Positions 8,907 through 20,216 of a stretch of DNA of 32,000 bases are shown here, one piece after another (the stretch's first letter is position 1; every line of letters starts with the position of its first letter). Below the pieces are notes generated by a model. That model made no database searches. It was not told the origin of the DNA and worked only from the letters and a program-made list of their open reading frames with translations. Source of the DNA: Alkalilimnicola ehrlichii MLHE-1 (lineage in GTDB: Bacteria > Pseudomonadota > Gammaproteobacteria > Nitrococcales > Halorhodospiraceae); the NCBI RefSeq assembly GCF_000014785.1, contig NC_008340.1, positions 1,080,001 to 1,112,000 of the forward strand, read 5' to 3'. The position numbers and the translations under genes were made by a program.

Positions 8907-11465
8907 CTACAGCCAAACCATCCTCCCCAACTCAAACGGGTGGCTGCACGCCGGGTGGCTGGGGTAGATGCGCAGCTTGTAGTACTGGAGTCCGGGCAGA
9001 TGCGGTTCCAGGTCCAGCGAGAAGACGTGGTTGCCGTCCTCCGCCACTTCCGCGGCGGTCAGTGCGAAGCGTTCCATCGCCTCCGGGTCATCGCCGTCCG
9101 GGGCGGTCGTTACCAGGCACTCCACGGTGACGTCTTCGGGGCTGAGGCCGTTGAGGTGGGCCTTGACCCGGATTGGCAGGCTCTCGCCGTGCCGGATGGC
9201 TGCCGGCGCTTCGTCCTGCCGCTGCATCCAGACGCCGTCCCAGCAGTCGAGGACCCGCGCCTTCCACTCGGCCAGCTCCTTGGCCGCTTTCAACCCGTCA
9301 GCCATGAAGCGGGCGTTCTGGTCCCGGGCCGGGCCGTAGAAGCCGCGCACGTAGTCCATGACCATCCGCTGGGCGTTGAACCGGGGGATGGTGGTGCGCA
9401 TCGACGCCTTCGACTTGCGCACCCAACCGGTGGAGTAGCCTTGCTTGCCCCGGTCGTAGTAGAGGGGCAGCACCTTTTCGGACAGGATATTGAGCAGGTC
9501 GCGCGCCTCTTCGTGGTCGCGGTAGTGGGGGTCGAAGCCGGGCTCATGGGGGGTGATGGCCCAGCCGTTCTCGCCGTCGTAGCCCTCGCCCCACCAGCCG
9601 TCGAGCACCGAGAGGTTGATGACGCCGTTGACGCCGGCCTTCTGGCCGGAGGTGCCGCACGCCTCCAGCGGGTACTCCGGGTTGTTAAGCCAGACGTCGA
9701 CGCCGGTGACCAGCAGGCGGGCCAGGGCCATGTCGTAGCCCTCCAGCAGCAGGATCTTGCCGATGAAGTCGGGGTCGAGGGACAGTTCATGGATGTGATG
9801 GATGATGGCCTGGCCGGGCTCGTCGCGTGGGTGGGCCTTGCCGGCGAAGATCAGCAGGGCCGGTCGCTCTGGGTCGTTGAGCAGTTCCTTGAGCTGCTCC
9901 AGATGGGTGAAGATCAGCGGCGCTCGCTTGTAGGTGGCGAACCGCCGGGCGAAGCCGATGACCAGCATGTCGCCCTCGGTCTGGCGGACGTGGCGCGTGA
10001 TGCGCTTGATCATCGCTGCGGAGAGGCCGTTGCGCCGGAATTGGTGCTCGGCGCGGGCGGCGACGCCCTCCAGCATCTCGGTCTTCAGGCTTTGGCGCAG
10101 GCTCCAGTAGCGGTGGTCCGGAATCTCATCGACCACCTGCCAGAAGTCCTCGTTGAGCATTTCGTTACGCCATTGGCGCAGCCGCATGTCGAAGAGGTTG
10201 CCCCACTCCCGCGCCAGGAAGGTGGGGACGTGGATGCCATTGGTGACGTAGCGCAGCGGGTTCTCGCGCAGCGGGATCTGCGGCCAGATACCGGCCTCCA
10301 TCTCCGAAGCCACCCGCCCGTGGATGCGGCTGACGCCGTTGTGGAAGCGGGAGCCGCGCAGGGCCAGGGCGGTCATGTTGAAGGCGCCGTTACGGACGGC
10401 GTTCTCCCCCAGGGCGAGAAAACGGGCCAGGTCGATGCCCAGGGCCTCGGCCGTTCCGGCGAAGTACGTTTCCATCATCTCCCGTTCGAAGATGTCGTGG
10501 CCCGCGGGGACTGGGGTGTGGGTGGTGAAGACGGTGCCGCCGGCCACTGCTTCCAGGGCGGTGTCGAAGGCGTGGCCCTCGGCCACCAGCTCCCGGCAGC
10601 GCTCCACCACCTGGAACGCGGAGTGGCCCTCATTGATATGCCACACGGTGGGCGCCAGCCCTAGGGCGCGTAGGGCGCGAACGCCGCCGATGCCCAGGCA
10701 GATCTCCTGCTGGATGCGGGTCTCGGTGCCGCCACCGTAGAGCTGATAGGTGATGGAGCGGTCGTCGGCTTCGCTGTTCTCGGGCAGGTCGCTGTCCAGC
10801 AGGTAGAGGCGGATACGGCCGGCTTGGGCCTCCCAGACCCGCAGTAGTACCGTCCGGCCGGGGAGCTCCACGGCCACTCGCAATTCTCCGCCGTCTTCGC
10901 CCATGCACGGCCGCACCGCCAGGGTGGTGAAGTCGGTGGGGTGGTAGTGGGCCACCTGACGGCCCTGGTTGTCGATGGTCTGGTCGAAGTACCCCTGGCG
11001 GTAGAGGAGGCCGACGCCGACAAACGGCAGGCAGAGGTCGCTGGCCGCCTTACAGTGGTCACCAGCCAGGATGCCGAGGCCGCCGGAGTAGATGGGCAGG
11101 CTTTCGTGGAAGCCGAATTCGGCGCAGAAGTAGGCCACCAGGTCTCGCTCCGGATCGAGGTAGGAGGCAATGTGGTCGGTGGGGGACTCTTCCAGGTAGG
11201 TGTCGAAGGCGGAGAGGGTGCGATTGTAGTCCTCCATGAAGGCCCGATCTTCCGCCGCCTGTTCCAGTACCTCTTGGGACACCCGGCGGAGGAAGAGCTT
11301 CGGATTGTGGCCGCACGCCTCCCAGAGGGGTTGGTCGAGGCGGTAGAAGAGGCCGCGAACCCGGCGCTCCCAGGAGTAGAGCAGGTTGTTCGCCAGGTCG
11401 TGCAGGCGCTCAAGCCGCGGCGGGATATTCGGCCGGACCTCCAGAGAGAAGGTGGTTTCGTTCAT
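8907..11465 (-). CDS. glgP: Alpha-glucan (glycogen/maltodextrin) phosphorylase, short-type family
   Basis: 852 aa: VRPNIPPRLERLHDLANNLLYSWERRVRGLFYRLDQPLWEACGHNP...YFCAEFGFHESLPIYSGGLGILAGDHCKAASDL...GFARRFATYKRAPLIF...WWGEGYDGENGWAI. Confidence 0.95.
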   Translation of the reverse strand: MNETTFSLEVRPNIPPRLERLHDLANNLLYSWERRVRGLFYRLDQPLWEACGHNPKLFLRRVSQEVLEQAAEDRAFMEDYNRTLSAFDTYLEESPTDHIASYLDPERDLVAYFCAEFGFHESLPIYSGGLGILAGDHCKAASDLCLPFVGVGLLYRQGYFDQTIDNQGRQVAHYHPTDFTTLAVRPCMGEDGGELRVAVELPGRTVLLRVWEAQAGRIRLYLLDSDLPENSEADDRSITYQLYGGGTETRIQQEICLGIGGVRALRALGLAPTVWHINEGHSAFQVVERCRELVAEGHAFDTALEAVAGGTVFTTHTPVPAGHDIFEREMMETYFAGTAEALGIDLARFLALGENAVRNGAFNMTALALRGSRFHNGVSRIHGRVASEMEAGIWPQIPLRENPLRYVTNGIHVPTFLAREWGNLFDMRLRQWRNEMLNEDFWQVVDEIPDHRYWSLRQSLKTEMLEGVAARAEHQFRRNGLSAAMIKRITRHVRQTEGDMLVIGFARRFATYKRAPLIFTHLEQLKELLNDPERPALLIFAGKAHPRDEPGQAIIHHIHELSLDPDFIGKILLLEGYDMALARLLVTGVDVWLNNPEYPLEACGTSGQKAGVNGVINLSVLDGWWGEGYDGENGWAITPHEPGFDPHYRDHEEARDLLNILSEKVLPLYYDRGKQGYSTGWVRKSKASMRTTIPRFNAQRMVMDYVRGFYGPARDQNARFMADGLKAAKELAEWKARVLDCWDGVWMQRQDEAPAAIRHGESLPIRVKAHLNGLSPEDVTVECLVTTAPDGDDPEAMERFALTAAEVAEDGNHVFSLDLEPHLPGLQYYKLRIYPSHPACSHPFELGRMVWL

Positions 11466-11478
11466 AACAGTCGCGTAC

Positions 11479-12930
11479 TCATGATCCGTTATTGCCAGGG
11501 GTGTTGCGGTAGAGCCGCAGGTACGCCTCCGCCGAGGCGTCCCAGGAGTAGTCTCCGCCCATTCCCCGCGCCTGGATGCGCTTCCACGCCGCCGGTCGCC
11601 GCCAATGGGCGGTGGCCCGTTCCACTGTGGCCGCCAGGGCGCCGGCGTTGGCGGCGGGAAGGTGAAAGCCGTTGCCGGCGGTGGGGTCGGTGTCCACGTC
11701 CATGACGGTGTCGGCCAGTCCGCCGGTGGCCGTGACCACCGGCGGGGTGCCGTAGCGCAGGGAGTAGAGCTGGTTGAGGCCGCATGGCTCGAAGCGGGAG
11801 GGCATCAGAAAGAGATCGCAGCCCCCCTCGATCAGATGAGCCAGCCCCTCGTCGTAGCCGATATGGACGCCGACCCGGCCCGGATAGTGCCGGGCGGCTT
11901 GGCGCAGCGCCTCCTCCAACTCCCGTTCCCCCGAGCCGAGCAAGGCGAGGCGCGCGCCGCCGGCCAACAGCCGGGGGAGGGCGGCGAGGATCAGGTCGAC
12001 ACCCTTCTGTTCCACCAGCCGCCCGACGAAGCCGAGTAGCGGGCCGCTCCTCTCGCCGGTATCGCCGTCGAGGCCGATCCGTTGGGCAAGGGCGGCGCGG
12101 TTGGCGGCCCGGGCCGCCGGGTCGGGTTTCCGGTAGCAGGCCGCCAGGTGGGGGTCGGCGGCCGGGTTCCAGACCGTGGTGTCGATACCGTTGACGATGC
12201 CGTGGAGCACCCCGGACCGGTGGCGCAGCAGGCCGTCCAGGCCGCAGCCGAAGGCCGGGGTCTGGATCTCCCGGGCGTAGGTGGGGCTGACGGTGGTGAT
12301 GGCGTCGGCGTAGGCCAGGCCGCCCTTGATAAAGGCGAGTCGGCCGTGGAACTCCAGGCCTTCGGGCGTCCACGCCTCCGGCGGTAGCCCGAGGCGGGTG
12401 TGGGTCTCCGCCGGGAAGAGGCCGCGGTAGGCCAGGTTGTGAATGGTGAAGACAGTGGCCGGGCGGGGGACGGGCCGCCGCTGGAGGAGGAACGGCGCCA
12501 GGGCCGTCTGCCAGTCATGGGCGTGGAGCACCGCCGCCTGCCACGGCAGCAGCTCGCCGGCGGCCAGGGCCGCCGCCACCCGGCTCAGGCGGTGGTAGCG
12601 GCGGGCGTTGTCGGGCCACGGGTCGCCGTCCTCGGTGGTGTACGGGTTGCCGGCGCGGGCGAAGAGCGGCGGGTCGTCCAGCAGCCAGGTGGTGACGCGG
12701 GTACCGGGCAGCCGCCCCTCGATGAGTGTGAACGGCCGCTGGTCCAGGGTCAGGGCGTGGCGGCGAATACGGCCCTCCAGGCCGGCCACCGCATCGGGGT
12801 GGGCCGGCAGCAACAGGCGCACGTCGTGGCGGCGTTCCCGCAGGGCGTGGGTGAGGCCGTGGGCCACATCGCCCAGCCCGCCGGTCTTCACCAGCGGCCA
12901 CGCCTCGGAGGCGGTAAAGAGAATCTTCAT
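11479..12930 (-). CDS. glgA: Glycogen synthase (ADP-glucose)
   Basis: [42 protein letters not shown]...[12 protein letters not shown]...[17 protein letters not shown]...[24 protein letters not shown]. Start trimmed to the ATG at 12930, overlapping the glgB stop. Confidence 0.95.
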
Positions 12931-15119
12931 GGGCCGGCTTCCGGTGACAGCACCACCCCGGCCAGCGGCGGTAGGGTCAATACCACCGACCACGGGTGTC
13001 CCATCCACGGGACGGCCTCGGCCCATACGCCGCCGCCGTTGCCCAGGTTCGTGCCGCCGTAGTGGGTCGAATCGGTGTTGAGCCGCTCCCGCCAGTAGCC
13101 CGGCGCCGGGACGCCGAGCCGGTAGTCGTGGCGGGGGACCGGGGTGAAGTTGAGCACGGTGGCCGCCGGCGGCGTGGCCTCCCCGTCGTGGCCCCCGTCG
13201 CGACGCAGGTAGCTGATGGCCGACTGCTCGGTGTCGTGGCAGTCGATCCAGGCGAAGCCGTGCTCGTCGAAGTCGTGCCGGTGCAGCGCCGGTACCTCCC
13301 GGTAGAGGGCGTTAAGGTCGCCGACGAGACGCAGCACCCCCTGGTGCAACGGGTAGTCGAGGACGTACCAGTCCAGCGCCGCCTCGGCGTTCCACTCGTT
13401 GCCCTGGCCGAATTCGCAGCCCATGAAGAGCAGCTTCTTGCCTGGATAGGTGAACTGGTAGGCGTAGAGCAGGCGCAGGTTGGCGAAGCGCTGCCACTCG
13501 TCGCCCGGCATGCGCCAGAGCAAGCTCCGCTTGCCGTGGACCACCTCATCGTGGCTGAACGGCAGCACGAAGTTCTCGGTGAAGGCGTAGAGCATGCCGA
13601 AGGTGAGTTGGTCGTGGTGGTAGCGGCGGTGGATCGGGTCCTCGCCCATGTAGGTCAGGGTGTCGTGCATCCACCCCATGTTCCACTTCATCGTGAAGCC
13701 GAGGCCGCCGAGCCAGGTGGGGCGGGTGACCTGGGGCCACGAGGTGGACTCCTCGGCCATGATCATCGTCCCCGGCTGTTCACCGTGTGTGATGCGGTTG
13801 AGTTCCTGCAGAAAGTCGATGGCCTCCAGGTTCTCATTGCCGCCGTGGATGTTCGGCACCCAGTCGCCCTCATCCCGTGAATAGTCGAGATAGAGCATCG
13901 AGGCGACCGCGTCCACCCGCAGCCCGTCGATATGGAACTCCTCCAGCCAGTAGAGGGCGCTGGCGGTAAGAAAGTTGCGGACCTCGTTGCGGCCGAAGTT
14001 GAAGATCAGCGTGCCCCAATCGCGGTGCTCGCCGCGGCGCGGGTCGGCGTGCTCATAGAGCGGCGTGCCGTCGAAGTTGGCCAGCGCCCAGTCGTCGCGG
14101 GGGAAGTGGGCCGGCACCCAGTCGAGGATCACCCCGATGCCGTGGCGGTGGCAGTGATCGACGAAGTAACGGAAGTCGTCGGGGGCGCCGAAACGGGTGG
14201 TGGGGGCGAAGTAGCCGGTGGTTTGATAACCCCACGAACCGTCGAATGGGTGTTCGGTGATCGGCAGCAGTTCGATATGGGTGAAGCCGGTGGCCAGGAC
14301 GTGGTCGACCAAGCGGTGGGCCAGGGTGCGATAGTCGAGGAAGCTGCCGTCGCCGGCCCGCTGCCACGAGCCGAGGTGGACCTCGTAGATCGAGATGGGG
14401 ATCGATTGCCACTGATCTTCCCGGCGGGCGGCCATCCACTCGCGATCATTCCAGGCGTAATCCGCCGGCGGCTCGACCACCGCGGCGCTGTCCGGGCGCA
14501 GCTGGTAGCGGCGGCCGTAGGGATCGGTCTTGACCAGAACCGCGCCGCTGTCGCGGTTGCGCAGTTCGAACTTGTAGAGGGAACCGTCCGGCAGGCCGGG
14601 AATGAAAAGCTCCCAGACGCCGCTGCCGCCGCGCACCCGCATCGGGTGGCAGCGCCCGTCCCAGCGGTTGAAGTCGCCGACGACGCTGACCCGTTCGGCG
14701 TTGGGCGCCCAGACGGCGAAGCGGACGCCGGGGACGCCCTCGTGCTCCAGCGGATGGGCGCCCAGGAAGCGCTGGGCGTGGTAGTGGCGCCCCTCACCGA
14801 AGAGGTGGAGATCGTAGTCCGGCAGCGCCGGGCCAAAGGCGTAAGGATCGTGCGCCGTATGCGCTGCGCCGTCCTGACTGGTCCGGCGCAGGCGGTAGGG
14901 GGCGGAGAGTCCCGCCGGCAGTGGCCCTTCGAAAAAGTCGCTGCCGGGCCGGCGCGGCAGTTTGGTGCCGTCCTCGAAGGCGACCGCTTCGGCGTGGGGG
15001 TCGTAGACGCGCACCGTCCGCTTCGGCCCGTGGGGACCGCCAAGAAAGGCGAAGGGGTCGTGGTGGCGCGCCTCGGTGATGCGCCGGCGGTCGTCGGCGG
15101 TGGGGTCCTTGCGGGTAAT
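12927..15119 (-). CDS. glgB: 1,4-alpha-glucan branching enzyme; ORF track start is GTG 15014, homology extends to a proposed AUU start at 15119
   Basis: GlgB core motifs: [111 protein letters not shown]. In-frame upstream residues [36 protein letters not shown] look like the true N-terminus. Confidence 0.93.
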
Positions 15120-15294
15120 GGCGATCCCTCCGGTGGCGTGTCATGGTGGCGCCAGTGCCGTTCTCTACTACTGTAACCGGCATAAAGGGCTGAGGCGAGA
15201 AGGTGCCAACACCAAGCCAAAAAGGCCTGTACGTGGCGGAAAAGCCCATGCAGAGTAGGGTATGTTTCGTTCCTGGCCGCAGGGAGATGCGCCG

Positions 15295-16563
15295 ATGTCG
15301 TCCAGCCCTTCCCCTCGCTTTGTCAGCCGCCTGACCCGTAATACGTTGGTCCTGATCCTGGCCGGCGGCCGGGGCTCGCGGCTCATGGATCTCACCACGT
15401 GGCGGGCAAAGCCTGCAGTGCCCTTCGGCGGGAAGTTTCGCATCATCGATTTCACCCTCTCCAACTGCATTAACTCGGGCATCCGCCGCATCGGCGTGCT
15501 GACCCAGTACAAGGCCCACTCACTGATCCGCCACCTGCGCCTCGGTTGGGGCTCGCTGCGGGGCGATTTCGGCGAGTTCGTCGAAATCCTGCCGGCCCAG
15601 CAGCGCACCGAGGGGTCGTGGTACCGGGGGACCGCCGACGCCGTTTACCAGAGCCTCGATATCGTCCGCATGCACGATCCCGACTACGTGCTGATCCTGG
15701 CCGGGGATCACGTCTACAAGATGGACTACGGGCCGATGCTGGCCCGCCACGTGGAGACGGGGGCCGACGTCACCGTCGGCTGCCTGGAGGTGCCGGTGGA
15801 GGAGGCGAGTGCCTTCGGCGTCATGGCAGTGGACGGGGACAACCGGGTGGTGCGCTTCCAGGAAAAGCCCGCCGACCCGCCATCGATCCCCGGGCAGTCC
15901 GACCGGGCGCTGGCGTCCATGGGGATCTACATCTTCAACCGGGCGTTTCTTTTCAATCAGTTGATCGCCGATGCCAGAAAAGAGAGCGACCACGACTTCG
16001 GCAAGGACATCATTCCGTCACTGATCGACCAGGCGCGCGTCATTGCCTTTCCCTTCCGCGACGCGGCGACCGGCGGCCAGGCGTACTGGCGCGACGTGGG
16101 CACGATCGATGCCTTTTGGCGGACCAATCTGGAACTGGTCGGGGTCAACCCCCAACTTAATCTCTACGACAAGGAGTGGCCCATCTGGACCCATCAGGAA
16201 CAGCTCCCGCCGGCCAAGTTCGTCTTCGACGACGACGACCGGCGCGGCATGGCGGTGGACTCCATGGTCTCCGGCGGTTGTATCATCTCCGGTGCCTACC
16301 TGCGCCGCTCGCTGCTCTTCTCATCGGTGGTGGTGGAGGACGGCAGCCGGGTGGAGGACGCGGTGATCCTGCCCGAGGCCCACATCGAGCCGGGATGCCG
16401 TATCCGCAAGGCGGTGATCGACAAGCACTGCCGCCTGGCGGCGGGCACGGTGATCGGCGAGGACCCGGAGGAGGACGCCCGGCGCTTCCACCTCAGCCCC
16501 GGTGGTGTGGTGCTGGTGACGCCCGACATGCTCGGCCAGGAGATCCACAATGTCTACACCTGA
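15295..16563 (+). CDS. glgC: Glucose-1-phosphate adenylyltransferase (ADP-glucose pyrophosphorylase)
   Basis: [71 protein letters not shown]. Start trimmed to the ATG at 15295 with an upstream AGGGAGA. Confidence 0.96.
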   Translation: MSSSPSPRFVSRLTRNTLVLILAGGRGSRLMDLTTWRAKPAVPFGGKFRIIDFTLSNCINSGIRRIGVLTQYKAHSLIRHLRLGWGSLRGDFGEFVEILPAQQRTEGSWYRGTADAVYQSLDIVRMHDPDYVLILAGDHVYKMDYGPMLARHVETGADVTVGCLEVPVEEASAFGVMAVDGDNRVVRFQEKPADPPSIPGQSDRALASMGIYIFNRAFLFNQLIADARKESDHDFGKDIIPSLIDQARVIAFPFRDAATGGQAYWRDVGTIDAFWRTNLELVGVNPQLNLYDKEWPIWTHQEQLPPAKFVFDDDDRRGMAVDSMVSGGCIISGAYLRRSLLFSSVVVEDGSRVEDAVILPEAHIEPGCRIRKAVIDKHCRLAAGTVIGEDPEEDARRFHLSPGGVVLVTPDMLGQEIHNVYT

Positions 16564-18304
16564 GGCCGAGCTGCCCAAGGCGCGGGTGGTGCTTTGCTGG
16601 CACATGCACCAACCCAGCTACTTCAACCCCGGCACCGGCGACTACCAGTTGCCGTGGGTCTACCTCCACGCCATCAAGGACTACGTCGACATGGCCGCCC
16701 ATCTGGAGGCGGTGCCCGAGGCCCGGGCGGTGGTCAACTTCTCGCCGACGCTCATTGAACAAATCGAAGACTATTCCGCTCAGGTGGCCGGCTTTCTCGC
16801 CGGAGAGCGGCGGCTCCAGGACCCCCTCCTGCGGGCGCTGGCCGAACCGGTCCTGCCCGACGATGAGTGCGAGCGCCGGCATTTGGTGCAGCAATGCCTG
16901 CGCGTTAACCATCGGCGTCTGGTGGAGCCGTTTCCGGCCTTCCACCGGCTGGTGGAATTGAGTCGCTGGGTGGAGCGCCACGGGCAGCACGTGGACTACC
17001 TGAGCGATCAGTTCATGGTCGATCTGCTGGTCTGGTACCACTTGGCATGGCTGGGGGAGACCGTACGTCGCCGCGATCCGCGGGTGCGGCGGCTGCTCCG
17101 GCAGGAAGCCGCCTATACCATCCACGACCGCCGGGAACTGCTGGAGGTCATCGGCGAGTTGATGGGCGGGGTGCTGGAGCGTTACCGCCGCCTGGCCGAT
17201 AGCGGTCGGGTGGAGCTCTCGGTGACCCCCTATGCCCACCCGATCCTGCCGCTGCTCCAGGACGTGCAAAGCGCCCGTGAGGCGTGGCCCGAGATCCAGT
17301 TGCCGCTGCTGGAACGCTACTTCGGCGGCGAGGAGCGGGCCCGCTGGCACGTGGAGCGCGGCATCGAGACCTTCGAGAAGGCCTTCGGCCGGCGGCCCGA
17401 GGGGTGTTGGCCGGCAGAGGGCGGGGTGAGCCGGGCGACGCTGGAATTGTTGGCGGAGAGCGGATTCCGTTGGGCCGCCAGCGGCGGTGCGGTGCTGGAC
17501 AACAGTCTGCGGGCCGCGGATCAGTGGGCGGAGGACGACCCCCGGTGGCACCGTGCCTACACCCTGGCCGGCGCCGATGGCGCCGCGGGCAACGGCGGCG
17601 CGAACGCCCACCATCCGCCTCTCCACTGTTTTTTCCGTGACGACGGCCTCTCCGACGCTATCGGTTTCGAGTACTCCGACTGGCACGGTGACGACGCCGT
17701 GGCGAACCTGGTGAACCGTCTGGAGGAGATCGCCGACCGCTGCGCCGATCCCGGCCAAGCGGTGATCTCCATCATCATGGACGGCGAGAACGCCTGGGAG
17801 CACTATCCGGCCAACGGGTACTTCTTCCTGAGCGGTCTCTATCGGCAACTGGCCGACCACCCGCGGCTGGAGATGACCACCTTCGCCGCCGCGGCCGCCG
17901 GGGTGGAGCCCCGGCCCCTGGAGCGGCTGGTGGCCGGTAGCTGGGTCTACGGCACCTTCTCCACCTGGATCGGCGAAGCGGATAAGAACCGTGCCTGGGA
18001 CATGTTGGGGGAGGCCAAACAGGCCTTCGATCGCGCCGTGCCGGGGCTGAAACCCGAGGTCCAGTGGCGGGCCGAAGCCCAACTGGCGATCTGTGAGAGT
18101 TCCGACTGGTTCTGGTGGTTCGGCGACTACAATCCGGCCGGGGTGGTGCGTGAATTCGACCACCTCTACCGGGTGCAGCTCACGGCGCTTTACGAAATCC
18201 TGGGCGTGGAACCGCCGGAGCATCTGAGCCACGCCTTTACCCACCGCGGCAAAGGCAGCCCGGAGAAGGGTGGCGTCATGCGGCATGGAAGGGCCGATGG
18301 ATGA
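16550..18304 (+). CDS. Glycoside hydrolase family 57-like protein
   Basis: [64 protein letters not shown] is the GH57 N-terminal signature; [10 protein letters not shown] catalytic-type motif. Overlaps the glgC stop. Confidence 0.88.
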   Translation: MSTPEAELPKARVVLCWHMHQPSYFNPGTGDYQLPWVYLHAIKDYVDMAAHLEAVPEARAVVNFSPTLIEQIEDYSAQVAGFLAGERRLQDPLLRALAEPVLPDDECERRHLVQQCLRVNHRRLVEPFPAFHRLVELSRWVERHGQHVDYLSDQFMVDLLVWYHLAWLGETVRRRDPRVRRLLRQEAAYTIHDRRELLEVIGELMGGVLERYRRLADSGRVELSVTPYAHPILPLLQDVQSAREAWPEIQLPLLERYFGGEERARWHVERGIETFEKAFGRRPEGCWPAEGGVSRATLELLAESGFRWAASGGAVLDNSLRAADQWAEDDPRWHRAYTLAGADGAAGNGGANAHHPPLHCFFRDDGLSDAIGFEYSDWHGDDAVANLVNRLEEIADRCADPGQAVISIIMDGENAWEHYPANGYFFLSGLYRQLADHPRLEMTTFAAAAAGVEPRPLERLVAGSWVYGTFSTWIGEADKNRAWDMLGEAKQAFDRAVPGLKPEVQWRAEAQLAICESSDWFWWFGDYNPAGVVREFDHLYRVQLTALYEILGVEPPEHLSHAFTHRGKGSPEKGGVMRHGRADG

Positions 18305-19776
18305 GCGGGGGTGGATTCTGGCAGCGGCGCCGGGCCGGGGTTCTCGCCCACCTGAGTTCGCTCCCCGGAGAGGCGGGTAGCGGCAGCCTCGGCCGCCACG
18401 CCCACGGCTTCATTGATTGGCTGGCCGATGCCGGCTTCTCGGTCTGGCAGATGCTGCCCCTGGGGCCGACCCACGACGACCTCTGCCCCTACCAAACCCT
18501 CTCGGTCCACGCCGGTGACGCACGGTTTATCGATCAAGAGGCGCTGGAGGCGGTCGGCTGGCTACCGCGGGAACCGCAGCCTTCCCACGCCCCCCGCCGT
18601 TGGCGGCAGGAGCGGTTGTGCCGGGCGCGGGCCGGTCGGGCCGCCGCCGGCGATGAGGCGTCGATGGCCGAGGAGGCCGCCTTCCGCCAACGCCACGCCC
18701 ACTGGCTGGAGGACTATGCGCTCTACGTCGCATTGCGCCGGGAGAAGGGGGAGGCCCCTTGGTGGGAGTGGCCCACCGCCGAGCGGGACCGGGAGGAGGC
18801 TGCCCTGGCGGCGGCCCGGGAGCGGCTGGCCGACGCCATCGACCAGGCCGTCTTCGAGCAATTCCTCTTCTTCAGCCAGTGGGAGGCACTGCGCCGGCAC
18901 GCCGGCGAGCGCGGCGTCGCCCTTTTCGGCGACATGCCCCTTTTCGTCGCCCACGACAGTGCCGACGTCTGGGCCCACCGGGACTACTTCCAACTGGACG
19001 AGGCCGGCCGCCCCCGGACCGTGGCGGGCGTGCCGCCGGACTACTTCTCCGATACCGGGCAACGGTGGGGCAACCCCCACTATGAGTGGGCGCGGATGCA
19101 GGCCGACGGCTTCCACTGGTGGCTGGATCGGCTCGCCACCCAGTTGGAGCTGTTCGACTTCGTCCGCCTCGACCACTTCCGAGGCCTCGCCGCCTACTGG
19201 TCGATCCCCGCCGAGGCGGAGACCGCCCGGAACGGCCAGTGGGTCCCGGCTCCCGGCCGCGCCTTCCTGGCCGCGGTGGCGGACCGGTTCGGGCGGGTGC
19301 CGCTGGTGGCCGAAGACCTCGGCTTCATCACCGAGGACGTGGAGGCGCTGCGGGACACCTTCGGGCTGCCGGGGATGAAGGTCCTCCACTTTGCCTTCGA
19401 CAGCGACGCCGACAACCCCTACCTGCCACACCACCACGTCCGCGACGGCGCCGTCTACACCGGCACCCACGACAACGACACCACCGTCGGGTGGTACCAG
19501 GGGCTCGATCCCGTTGTGGCGGAGCGGGTCGCCGCCTACCTGGGGTACCCCGGCGAAGAGATGCCCTGGCCGCTGATCCGCGCCGCCCTGGCCTCGGTGG
19601 CCGGCCTGGCCGTGGTGCCGATGCAAGATCTGCTGGCGCTGGACTCCGACCACCGCATGAACATCCCCGGCGTCGCTGGCGGCGACAACTGGCGGTGGCG
19701 ATTCCAGTGGGAGTGGCTGCCGGAGGGATTGCAGCAGCGCATGGCGGAGATGAACCGGCTTTACGGGCGGGGCTGA
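18301..19776 (+). CDS. malQ: 4-alpha-glucanotransferase (amylomaltase)
   Basis: RRAGVLAHLSSLPGEAGSGSLGRHAHGFIDWLADAGFSVWQMLPLGPTH...VRLDHFRGLAAYW...VAEDLGFITEDVEALRDTFGLPGMKVLHFAF...YTGTHDNDTTVGWY. 4-nt overlap with the GH57 gene. Confidence 0.95.
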   Translation: MSGGGFWQRRRAGVLAHLSSLPGEAGSGSLGRHAHGFIDWLADAGFSVWQMLPLGPTHDDLCPYQTLSVHAGDARFIDQEALEAVGWLPREPQPSHAPRRWRQERLCRARAGRAAAGDEASMAEEAAFRQRHAHWLEDYALYVALRREKGEAPWWEWPTAERDREEAALAAARERLADAIDQAVFEQFLFFSQWEALRRHAGERGVALFGDMPLFVAHDSADVWAHRDYFQLDEAGRPRTVAGVPPDYFSDTGQRWGNPHYEWARMQADGFHWWLDRLATQLELFDFVRLDHFRGLAAYWSIPAEAETARNGQWVPAPGRAFLAAVADRFGRVPLVAEDLGFITEDVEALRDTFGLPGMKVLHFAFDSDADNPYLPHHHVRDGAVYTGTHDNDTTVGWYQGLDPVVAERVAAYLGYPGEEMPWPLIRAALASVAGLAVVPMQDLLALDSDHRMNIPGVAGGDNWRWRFQWEWLPEGLQQRMAEMNRLYGRG

Positions 19777-19837
19777 GTTTCAGGCATCCAGTTGATCCGT
19801 CCCGTGGCGATCCATAAGCCAGGGCGTTAAGGGCAAG

Positions 19838-19879
19838 AGCGGGGCCTACGGAACATGCCTGTTCATCGTAGGCCCTGCT
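19838..19879. terminator. Strong hairpin between convergent genes (possible bidirectional terminator)
   Basis: AGCGGGGCCTACG (19838-19850) pairs with CGTAGGCCCTGCT (19867-19879), one G-T position, with an inner GAAC/GTTC stem. No clear T-tract. Confidence 0.5.
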
Positions 19880-19928
19880 GGAGGTCGGCCAGGGTGTTCG
19901 GCGGAACACGGCCTGGGCAGTGGGTTGA

Positions 19929-20216
19929 TCAGATCCGCTCGTCACCGCGCAGGGCATCGAGGTGGAACCGATAGTTCTCGCCCACCAGGGCGTCATGCCG
20001 GTCCAGTGCGCTGGGGCCCTGGTGCCGTACATGGCCCACGAAGTGCTGGTAGTTCTCCCCACTGCCGGCACCGATGGCCACGGAGGGTTGGGTCGGGCTG
20101 TCCGCCTGCACCTGGTCCACGTGGGTGGTCCAGTTCTCGGCCGAGGCCAGTCCAGAGATGGCCAGGCCGGCGCCGAGCGTCAGGGCGGTCGCGGTTTTGA
20201 TAACGAAGGTTTTCAT
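19929..20216 (-). CDS. Small exported hypothetical protein with signal peptide
   Basis: MKTFVIKTATALTLGAGLAISGLASAENWTTHVDQVQADSPTQPSVAIGAGSGENYQHFVGH... Typical Sec signal and AxA cleavage site; SD-like GAGGTG upstream. Confidence 0.65.
   Translation of the reverse strand: MKTFVIKTATALTLGAGLAISGLASAENWTTHVDQVQADSPTQPSVAIGAGSGENYQHFVGHVRHQGPSALDRHDALVGENYRFHLDALRGDERI

Noticed and set aside
8892-10664. 590-aa plus-strand ORF antisense to glgP
   Set aside because: Shadow ORF of a GC-rich coding sequence; no recognisable motifs, while the minus strand encodes an unmistakable phosphorylase.
13932-15176. 414-aa plus-strand ORF antisense to glgB
   Set aside because: Antisense shadow; V/G/A/D/Q-rich low-information composition, glgB is certain.
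16493-18286. 597-aa minus-strand ORF opposite the GH57 gene
   Set aside because: Antisense shadow of a clear GH57 protein; no domain signature.
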